Assembly: GCA_951406725.2 (NCBI GenBank)
Contig: OX597837.1
Span: forward strand, 16,988,001-17,052,000
Reading direction: 5' to 3'
DNA length: 64,000 bases
From: Octopus vulgaris
Taxonomy: Eukaryota
The notes below the pieces were generated by a model. That model was not told the origin of the DNA, ran no database searches, and saw only the letters and a list, made by a program, of their open reading frames with translations. A program made the position numbers and the translations under genes. How positions within the stretch are numbered: the first letter of the stretch is position 1; each line of letters begins with the position of its first letter. Shown piece after piece: positions 38,101 through 47,876 of this stretch.

Positions 38101-41100
38101 GAATAACAAACAACAGTAAAAATCTGAAGAACCAAACAGTAAAAGCTGAAGAACCAACAACAACAGTAAAAGCGGAAGAACCAACAACAACAGTGAAAGC
38201 TGAAGAACCAACAACAACAGTAAAAGCTGAAGAACCAACAACAACAGTAAAAGCTGAAAAACAAACAACAACAGTAAAATCTGAAGAACCAGCAACAATA
38301 GTGAAAGCTGAAGAAGCAACAACAGTAAAAGCTGAAGAACCGGCAACAACAGTAAAAGCTGAAAACCAAACGACAACAGTAAAAGCAGAAGAACCATCAA
38401 CAACAGTAAAACCTGAAGAACCATCAAGAGCTGTAAAATCTGATGAACCAAGTACAACAGTACAAGGTAGAAGAGCCAACGACAAGAGTAAAAACTGAAG
38501 AAACAACAATAACAGTAAAAGCTGAAGCACAAACAACAACAGTAAAAAACAAAAGAAACAACAACAGCAAAAGCTGAAGAACCAACAACGAGAGTAAAAG
38601 CTGAGGAAACATCAACAACAGTAAAAGCTGAAGAACCAACAACAACAGTAAAATCTGAAGAACCAATGAAACAGTAAAAGCTGAAGTACCAACAACAACA
38701 GTAAAAGCTGAAGAACCAACAACAACAGTAAAAGCTGAAAAACAAACAACAGTAAAAGCTGAAGAGCCAACAACAACAGTAAAAACTGAAAAACCAACAA
38801 CAACAGTAAAAGCTGAAGAACCAGCAACAACATTAAAAGATGAATAACCAACAACAACAGTAAAATCTGAAGAACCATCAACAACAGTAAAAGCTGAATA
38901 ACCAACAACAACAGTAAAAGCTGAATAACCAACAACAACAGTAAAAGCTGAAGAACCAACAACAGTAAAAGCTGAAGAAGCAAGAACAACAGTAAAAGCT
39001 GAATAACCGGCAACATTAAAAGCTGAATAACAAACAACAGTAAAATCTGAAGAACCATCAACAACAGTAAAAGCTGAAGAACCAATAACAGTAAAACCTG
39101 AAGAAACATCAACAACAGTAAAAGCTGAAGGACCAATAACAAAAGTAAAAGCTGAAGAACCATCAACAGCATTAAAAGCCGAATAACAAAAAACAGCAGT
39201 AAAATCTGAAGAACCAATAAAACAGTAAAAGCTGAAAAACAAACAACAATAGTAAAAGCTGAAAACCAAACGACAACAGTAAAAGCCGAAGAACCAACAA
39301 AAATAGTAAAAGCTGGAGAACCAACAACAACAGTAAAATGAAGTACCAACGACAAAAGTAAAAGCTGAAGAACAAACAACAGTAAAATCTGAAGTACCAA
39401 CAACAGTAAAAGCTGAAGAACCAACGACAACAGTAAATGCTGAAGAACCAACGACAACAGTAAAAGCAGAATAACTGTTGTTAGTTCTTCTGCTTTTACT
39501 ATGGTTGCTGGTTCTTCAGATTTTACTGTTATTGATATTTCTTCAGATTTTACTGTTGTTCTTGGTTATTCAGCTTTTACTGTTGTTGTTGGTTATTCAG
39601 CTTTTAATGTTGTTATTGGTTATTAAAAGCTGAAGAACCAACGACAACAGTAAAAGCTGAATAACCAACAACAACAGTAAAAGCTGAAGAACCAACAACA
39701 ACAGTAAAATCTGAAGAACCAATAAAACAGTAAAAGCTGAAGAACCAACAACAACAGTAAAACCTGAAGAACCATCAACAGTAAAATCTAAAGAACCAAC
39801 AACAACAGTAATAGCTGAAAACCAAACGACAACAGTAAAAGCTGAAGAACCAACAAAAATAGGAAAAGCTGAAGAACCAACAACAACAGTAAAATGAAGT
39901 ACCAACGACAAAAGTAAAAGCTGAAGAACCAACTACAGTAAAATCTGAAGTACCAACGACAGCAGTAAAAGCAGAATAACTGTTGTTGGTTCTTCGGCTT
40001 TTACTGTTGTTAGTTCTTCTGCTTTTACTATGGTTGCTGGTTCTTCAGATTTTACTGTTGTTCTTTGTTATTCAGCTTTTACTTTTGTTGTTGGTTATTC
40101 AGCTTTTACTGTTGTTATTGGTTATTCAGCTTTTACAGTTGTCGTTGGTTCTTCAGCTTTTACTGTTGTTATTGGTTATTCTGCTTTTACTGTTGTCGTT
40201 GGTATTTCAGATTTTACTGTTGTTGGTTCTTCAGCTTTTACTGTTGTAATAACAACATCTTTTACTGTTGTTCTGCTTGTACTGTTGTTGTTTCTTCAGC
40301 TTTTACTGTTGTTGGTACTTCAGATTTTGCTGTTGTTTCTTTTGCTTTTTTACTCTTGTTGTATGCGCTTTAGTTTTTACTGTTGTCGTTGGATCTTCTA
40401 CCTTGTACTGTTGTACTTGGTTCATCAGCTTTTACTGCTCTTGATGGTTCTTTAGGTGTTACTCTTATTGATAGTTTTTCAGGTTTTACTATTGTTGTTG
40501 GTTATTCAGCTTTTACTGTTGTTGTTTCTTCAGTTTTTACTCTTGTCGTTGGATCTTCTACCTTGTACTGTTGTACTTGGTTCATCAGCTTTTTCTGCTC
40601 TTGATGGTTCTTTAGGTGTTACTGTTATTGATAGTTTTTCAGGTTTTACTGTTGTTATTGGTTTTTCAGATTTTACTGTTGTTGTTGGTTCTTCAGCTTT
40701 TACTGTTGTCGTTGCTTCTTCAGCTTTTACTATTGTTGATTCTTCAGACTTTTCAGTCGTTGTTACTTCTTCAGCTTTTAATGTTGTTATTGGTTCTTTA
40801 GCTTTTACTGTTGTTGTTGGTTATTCAGCTTTCACTGTTGTTATTGGTTATTAAAAGCTGAAAAACAAACAACAACAGTAAAAGCTGAAGAGCCAATAAC
40901 AACAGTGAAAGCTGTAGAACCAACAACAACAGTAAAAGTTGAAGAACCAGCAACAACAGTAAAAGCAGAAGAACCAGCAACAACTGCAAAAGCTGAAGAA
41001 CCAACAACAGTAAAAGCTGAAGAAGCAAGAACAACAGTAAAAGCTGAATTACCGGCAACATTAAAAGCTGAATAACAAACAGTAAAATCTGAAGAACCAT

Positions 41101-43005
41101 CAACAACAGTAAAAGCTGAAGAACCAACAACAGTAAAAGCTGAAGAACCAACAGAAGTAAGAGCTGAAGAACCAACAACAGTAAAAGCTGAATAACCAAC
41201 AACAACAGTAAAAGCTGAATAACCAACAACAAAAGTAAAACCTGAACAAACATCAACAAAGTGAAAGCTGAAGATCCAACAACAAAAGTAAAAGCTGAAG
41301 AACCATCAACAGCATTAAAAGCCGACTAACAAACAACAACAGTAAAATCTGAAGAACCAATAAAACAGTGAAAGCTGAAGAACCAACAACAACAGTAAAA
41401 GCTGAAAAACAAACAACAACAGTAAAAGCTGAAGAGCCAACAACAACAGTAAAAGCTGAAGAACCAACAACAACAGTAAAAGCCGAAGAACCAACATCAG
41501 TAAAAGCTGAAGAACCAACAACAACAGTAAAATCTGAATAACCAATAAAACAGTAAAAGCTGAAGAACCAACAACAACAGTAAAACCTGAAGAACCAGCA
41601 ACAATAGTAAAAGCTGATGAAGCAACAACAGTAAAAGCTGAAGAACCGGCAACAACAGTAAAAGCTGAAAACCAAACGACAACAGTAAAAGCAGAAGACC
41701 CATCAACAACAGTAAAACCTGAAGAACCAACAACAGTAAAATTTGAAGAACCAAGAACAAAAGTAAAAGCTGAAGAACCAACAACAGTAACAGCTAAAGA
41801 GCTGTAAAATCTGATGAACCAAGTACAACAGTACAAGGTAGAAGAGCCAACGAAAGAGTAAAAACTGAAGAAACAACAATAACAGTAAAAGCTGAAGCAC
41901 AAACAACAACAGTAAAACACAAAAGAAACAACAACAGCAAAAGCTGAAGAGCCAACAACAACAGTAAAAGCTGAAGAACCAACAACAACAGTAAAAGCCG
42001 AAGAACCAACATCAGTAAAAGCTGAAGAACCAACAACAACAGTAAAATCTGAATAACCAATAAAACAGTAAAAGCTGAATAACCGGCAACAACATTAAAA
42101 GATGAATAACAAACAACAACAGTAAAAGCCGAAGAACCAACATCAGTAAAAGCAGAAGACCCATCAACAACAGTAAAATCTGAAGAACCAATAAAACAGT
42201 AAAAGCTGAAGAACCAACAACAACAGTAAAAGCTGAATAACCAACAACAACAGTAAAAGCCGAAGAACCAACAACAGTAAAAGCTGAAGAACCAACAACA
42301 ACAGTAAAATCTGAAGAACCAATAAAACAGTAAAAGCTGAAGAACCAACAACAGTAAAAGCTGAATAACAAACAACAACAGTAAAAGCTGAAGAACCAGC
42401 AACAACATTAAAAGATGAATAACAAACAACAACAGTAAAATCTGAAGAACCAATAAAACAGTAAAAGCTGAAGAACCAACAACATTAAAAGATGAATAAC
42501 AAACAACAACAGTAAAAGCTGAATAACCAACAACAACAGTAAAAGCTGAATAACCAACAACAACAGTAAAAGCTGAATAACCAACAACAACAGTAAAAGC
42601 TGAATAACCAACAACAACAGTAAAAGCTGAATAACCAACAACAACAGTAAAAGCTGAAGAACCAACAACAGTAAAAGCTGAAGAAGCAAGAACAACAGTA
42701 AAAGCTGAATAACCGGCAACATTAAAAGCTGAATAACAAACAACAGTAATCTCTGAAGAACCATCAACAACAGTAAAAGCTGAAGAACCAACAACAGTAA
42801 AACCTGAAGAAACATCAACAACAGTAAAAGCTGAAGAACCAACAACAACAGTAAAAGCTGAAGAACCATCAACAGCATTAAAAGCCGAATAACAAACAAC
42901 AACAGTAAAATCTGAAGAACCAATAAAACAGTAAAAGCTGAAGAACCAACAACAGTAAAGTCTGAAGAACCATCAACAATAGTAACATCTGAAGAACCAA
43001 CAACA
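11113..43005. repeat. ~32-kb array of 24/27-bp repeats (KAEEPTT[T]V-reading) with alternating orientation blocks and higher-order duplications
   Basis: Unit AAAGCTGAAGAACCAACA(ACA)ACAGTA. I count 17 reverse-oriented blocks between 16281 and 40852. GAA>TAA variants and frameshifts are frequent. Confidence 0.97.
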
Positions 43006-43059
43006 AGCAGAAATGACCGTATCTTCCCTGTAACACACATAAATCACTGGTTTTATCAC

Positions 43060-43810
43060 ATTGTATTGCTGTATCAATGAGATATCTCTTAGTTTCAAAC
43101 TAACTGAATGTTTGAATGAAAGTGACTGATTCTAAGGTCGTATCGTACAGCATCCATCACTGCATCAATGACAGCCTCAGCTTCTATCTGTGGTTCTTAC
43201 AAATTGTATCAGTGACTCTATCAAATTCAGGAAGTAACTGCATCAATGATTGTATCAAACTGTATCAAATGCATTATCAAACTGACTGAATGTCCATATC
43301 AAACGGTATCAAACAAGGTGTGTATAGTTGTATTAATGGTTGTATCAGCATTACTGTCACGTGTCTCAAACACATGGCAGTAATACCTGCATCAAGAGTA
43401 TTCAATGCTGTATCAAACAGTTTGATGTATCAAACAGTAACGATGCCTCTGTTAAATAGGATCAATGCCTGTATCGAACAATAACAAAGCCTCTAAGAAC
43501 TTGTATAAAAAAATCGATGACATTATGGAACTATCAATCTATACAGCTGGTTATGTAAATCTCAGTATTCCTGACTGATTCACGCTGTATCATGTGTCCT
43601 ATCAAATTGATTTTAATGGCTAGAGGAAATCGATTCAATAGTTGAATCAACCTGATGGAAAGACTTTATCAAACTATGTAAATGATTGTAACATCAGGTT
43701 GTTTCAAAATTCTATCACTGACAGTATGAAACTGTACCAATGATTATTAATTACACGATCGAAATGGTTCAATGGCTGTCGAAAGCTGTGCTAAACTGTT
43801 TCAAACCTGC
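43060..43810 (+). repeat. Ancient degenerate short-period repeat rich in (AC)TGTATCAA
   Basis: Dozens of TGTATCAA/TATCAAA/CATCAATG variants; repeated at ~52720-53470. Confidence 0.6.
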
Positions 43811-43934
43811 ATTAATTACTGAGGCAAACTGATTCCATGGATGTGTATTTGTGTGTCAGTGTGCTTCCAGACATTTCTTTACGTATGTATTTATATATCG
43901 CGTCCAGATTGTAAAGAACTACTCACTTACGTAT

Positions 43935-44950
43935 CCAACTAATATAGGAATGGAATTTGGTCAGAAGAAATGTTTTTATTTAATTGTCAAACGGGGAGAA
44001 TCAGTCCCCCAGACACAAATCCTGTGCATCCAATTGTCTGTCTATCTCTCCTGTCCCACAGAATCAATTCTACAAGTATCTAGGCACTGATGAAAAAATA
44101 TCATACGAAGATATTGTGAATAAAGCTAGAGTGACCCAAGAATATTATACCAGAGTAAGAAAAATATGGCAGTCTGAACTCTCTTCTTACAAAAAGGCAA
44201 CATCCTACAATGCATTGGCAGTACCAGTGCTGATTCCAACATTTGGGATACTCGACTGGTTTGTAGAATGAATCCTCTCCATAAACATTAAGACCCACAA
44301 GATTCTAACATCTCCACAAAATAATAATATTGAGTAGCTCTATCTAAGAAGAGACAAAGGAAGTACGGGCTTGAGATGGGTGCAGACAGCCTTCGAATAT
44401 CAGATAGTCTCTTTGAGGCTGCACTTGCTAAACAACAGCCACAAAAATAAATGCATTTAGTTCCGAAAAGTGGAGAAAACAATATCTTATGTGATAGAAG
44501 TGAGCTCCTCAGGAACTACTCTGTACCTGATGACCTTCCATACAACTTCAAATCAGTCGGACTAGCATACCTCAAAGAATACCTCAGCATACCAAAAAAT
44601 ATCATGCATAAGTATGTTTCTTGACAACGTGAAGATAACAGTAACATTGAGATGAAGCGAAGCCTTTCTTGACCTCGTGACTGCTACATCACATCACATT
44701 TCGATGGTTATGCATTTGCAATCCAAGAACATGAGACTGCTACTAAATACCTAATTAACAGTGAAACCCTTGGAGTTCCAAGATGCAACCGTAAATGTAG
44801 ATTCATGCGGAAGATATCACACAATTATGATTAGCAGTTTCCCAAAAATGTCATCAAGGTGCTGAATTACTCACGCTATGCGACATGACGCTGTCGCAAA
44901 AACAATATACAATGTCATTCGGAAAAGAAAAAACACTATACTAGAATAAA
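43935..44950 (+). mobile_element. Degenerate R4/Dong-type LINE fragment
   Basis: IGMEFGQKKC, FYKYLGTDE, RVRKIWQSELS..NALAVPVLIPTFGILDW, GYAFAIQE, MRHDAVAK. Confidence 0.8.
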
Positions 44951-44954
44951 TATG

Positions 44955-45170
44955 GAGAATCTGCTTATTAAATTTGTACACAAATATCAATACAAGGGAA
45001 ACTGCTGGAACATTTCCCATCAACACATGCGCTAAAGACAAAAATCCCAAATTTTACATATTCCCCTTCTACCAATGTAAAGACGGAATCACCACACAAG
45101 AGAGAATTAACGAGGAGAATCTTTTTATTGAAAAATTCAAAATGCATCTTAATATGCAAACTCCTCGTTG
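44955..45170 (+). mobile_element. Penelope-like GIY-YIG C-terminal fragment
   Basis: ..FYIFPFYQC..ERINEENLFIEKFKMHLN, the usual E..FI..F..LN ending, followed ~700 bp later by a hammerhead motif. Confidence 0.55.
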
Positions 45171-45275
45171 ATCATACTTCTTTTTTCTACCTTATTCTTC
45201 ATGGATGGACTAATACAAATATATAAGGATATCATGCAGTCATCACTTCAAGCTAAAACTTATATTCTTTATTTA

Positions 45276-45311
45276 TCATTATTATTATTGTTGTAATTAT
45301 TATTATTATTA

Positions 45312-45358
<47 letters not shown>

Positions 45359-45364
45359 TTTATT
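45276..45364. repeat. (ATT)n microsatellite
   Basis: Imperfect ATT run; purer and longer in the duplicate at ~54920-55020. Confidence 0.9.
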
Positions 45365-45889
45365 ATATATGACATAACAATCTGAAATGTAATTATAAAT
45401 TATTTATGTAAATTTATATAATTAGAAAACAATATAAATTAAGTGTTAAAATCTGAATGTTAAGTTAGCAAACAATTATATATAAAAAAGATAATGCAAA
45501 TGAAGCTAAAATGATAATTTTATAATTTAAAGTTTATTAACACCCTTTATTACGAAAAATTGATAACCCCAATTAAAGAGCTTAAAACCCCACAGAGTTG
45601 TCACCCCTTACTCACAGGAACTGGATAACTACTTCCTGGTTTGACATTCATTTAACAGACATCCTAAATTAAATTAAAGAGCACATGGATTTAATCACAT
45701 GGATCTCAATCCTCCAAGGTAGTTTTTTCAAGAACTATCTTTGAACTCGGGATACACAAAAAATTTACAATGTATCGGTGTACCTATTTTTTAATTTTTG
45801 TATATGTTTATTATTATTTTTTTGCAAAAAACAATGTAATTTTCTTTTTCCCCTCCTCAATCATAAAAATGTTTTTCTTTTCACCTTAC

Positions 45890-45931
45890 AATTCTTGAAA
45901 AGTCACATTGTGACGAAAACCGGTTTGAATT
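45890..45931 (+). ncRNA. Minimal type I hammerhead ribozyme, U3-A8 core variant, palindromic stem III
   Basis: AATTC-TTGAAAA-GTCAC att GTGAC-GAAA-ACCGGT-TT-GAATT. Perfect stems I and II, compensatory C3U/G8A, and the AACCGGTT palindrome typical of Penelope-associated hammerheads. Confidence 0.75.
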
Positions 45932-46074
45932 AATATATATATATTTTGTTAATTTTTCAAAATTTTCCATACACCCATTTTCATTAAAATTTACCTTCAA
46001 TTCTGCCATTTTATAATTTTTCCTTGCCTATCATTTCTCCACGTGCGGTCAACACAACCCCATCATTTATTGAT

Positions 46075-46081
46075 TTATATA

Positions 46082-46136
<55 letters not shown>
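46075..46136. repeat. (TA)n microsatellite
   Basis: AT run; duplicate at ~55735-55805. Confidence 0.9.
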
Positions 46137-46139
<3 letters not shown>

Positions 46140-46222
46140 GGTCCCGGGTTGATTCGGGGTTAACCACAGTAAATAAGGTACTCAATACATAGCAGAGTAA
46201 AATTAATTTATTATATAGAAGG

Positions 46223-46273
46223 AGCTTCTACAGGACTAGAACTGTTTCATTCAAGAGAAATCATCAGGAAGCT
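46223..46273 (-). ncRNA. Type I hammerhead ribozyme
   Basis: Minus strand AGCTTC-CTGATGA-TTTCTCTTGAAT-GAAA-CAG ttctagtc CTG-TA-GAAGCT. Canonical core, 6-bp stem I, stem III and a GUA site; stem II is weak at its base. Confidence 0.75.
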
Positions 46274-46473
46274 AGTTAACAAGAATTGTATTGGCATTTA
46301 TACATTTAGGCAGGTTTAAAGGGGGGTGGTGGGGGACTTTTGGGGGTAGGCATAGCGCAAAAATATCATACTTGGGGGAGTGGTCAAGGAGTCAGTGGTA
46401 AAATAGATAAAAAAATAAATAAAAGAATAAATAAAATAAAAGAATAAAAAAATATATAGAAAAATATATAGAA

Positions 46474-46512
<39 letters not shown>

Positions 46513-46826
46513 CAAATTGAGATAGGGGTTGTAAATGCATGGGATAACATATATCCAATATACTGCTAGTGAAGTACTCTAACCAAGTTAATACATAAAT
46601 GTTAAGAATTGCGATGCAATTAATTCATTTATTGTATTATATGGGCAAAGGTAAAATGTTTTACCACGAATTCAAAATAAAAAATAAGAAAATGGAGAAA
46701 TACAACCAAATCAAGTATCAATTACCAGATAATACCCAATCACATACTTTATTAAACCACCACATAAGATACTTTAATGTCAAACATATAAATATATTTA
46801 TATTTACTTATATTTATATTCTCTTA

Positions 46827-47673
46827 CTAGCAGAATTGCCCGGCGTTGCTCGGGGCTGAATTACTTGAAAGTACTGTTAATGATTGCACTGAATGATGAT
46901 GATTATTCAGGCAAATATTGATATAAGTTTACGCTGGGAGATATGACTTAACGATCAAACGTGTGCCATTGCATTGTTTTGGGGGAACCAAATTTCTGAT
47001 GAGCATTATAGGGGCACCAACTTTAAGTTTGAGAATGTGTGGTGGTAGTCCGGGGTGCTCAAAGGAATTGAGTACCTCTATTGGATAGTTGATGACGTCC
47101 TCTGGGTCAGTAGTTGTATCGATAGACTGATATACATAGACTTCCCCAGGAATGAGTTTTAGCATTTCATCATTAATATGGTGAACAGTTTTATTCCTAG
47201 GGCCAGTATAGTCTTTTTGTGCGAGTTCTGTAGTCCAATCCATATTCTGATAATTAGCTTGTAGATCTTGGAACACTGCATCTCTGAGATCAGAAGGCGT
47301 CTTAACAATGGTACAAATGGAATCGATGGCAATATTACCATTTTCATCCACTGGTATTTTGCCTTCGCCAAGTGCAATGAGGGTGTGAGGAAATGCTGCT
47401 GATGTGATATTACGTCGCATATGAGCACGCATATTGGTGTGAAGTTTGAGAGTTACTCTTAATTTAAAAAATGCATTAAAATGGGAAAATGATGGTAAAT
47501 TATTTGTAAAATCGTAGACTCATCGTAGACGCGCGCTAATACCCAGAAGGCTCGATATGAATCACGACTATAAGATACTCGGTTTTGGTTAAACTGCATC
47601 GCAAAATGTGGGAGTAGTTAGGAATCTAAATCGGAGTAGACAGACACACAACCTTTCTTTTTATATATAAAGA
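46827..47673 (-). mobile_element. Non-autonomous Helitron retaining a PIF1-type helicase fragment
   Basis: Minus-strand 5' TCTTTATATATAA, 3' hairpin CCCGAGCAACGCCGGG plus CTAG, inserted between A and T. Encodes PRNKTVHHIN..GLPPHILKLKVGAPIMLIRNL..CNGTRL. Confidence 0.92.
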
Positions 47674-47876
47674 TTTTCGTCCTAAAAACTTTGTATGGAG
47701 TGAATGGTTACCTCTATGGAAATATATACACACACGTTATACATACATGTGTGCATAGATGAATATATAAATACATTTAAATATCTATATACACTTTTAA
47801 GTGATCTTTCTGCTTCTTAGAGATAACTTTAGATATTATTTTCGTCCTAAAAAACTTTGTGCGGAGTGAATGGTTA

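Larger units (their letters stand above)
37986..47876 (+). repeat. Copy 1 of a ~9.7-9.9-kb tandem duplication
   Basis: Unique flank 43.0-47.9 kb is near-identical to 52.7-57.5 kb (offset ~9660); the repeat part is collinear with 47877 onward. Confidence 0.85.

Noticed and set aside
11113-43005. CRISPR-like repeat-spacer array
   Set aside because: No unique spacers, contiguous tandem monomers, no cas genes, and a eukaryotic context.
11113-43005. Intact mucin gene on the + strand
   Set aside because: Dense TAA stops, frameshifts and inversions; no signal peptide or supported exon structure in the window.
16281-43005. A-to-I editing rescuing UAA stops to restore a protein
   Set aside because: It cannot repair the frameshifts or inversions, and nothing in the sequence supports it.
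46929-47432. Host PIF1 helicase gene
   Set aside because: Frameshifted fragment lying inside Helitron termini.
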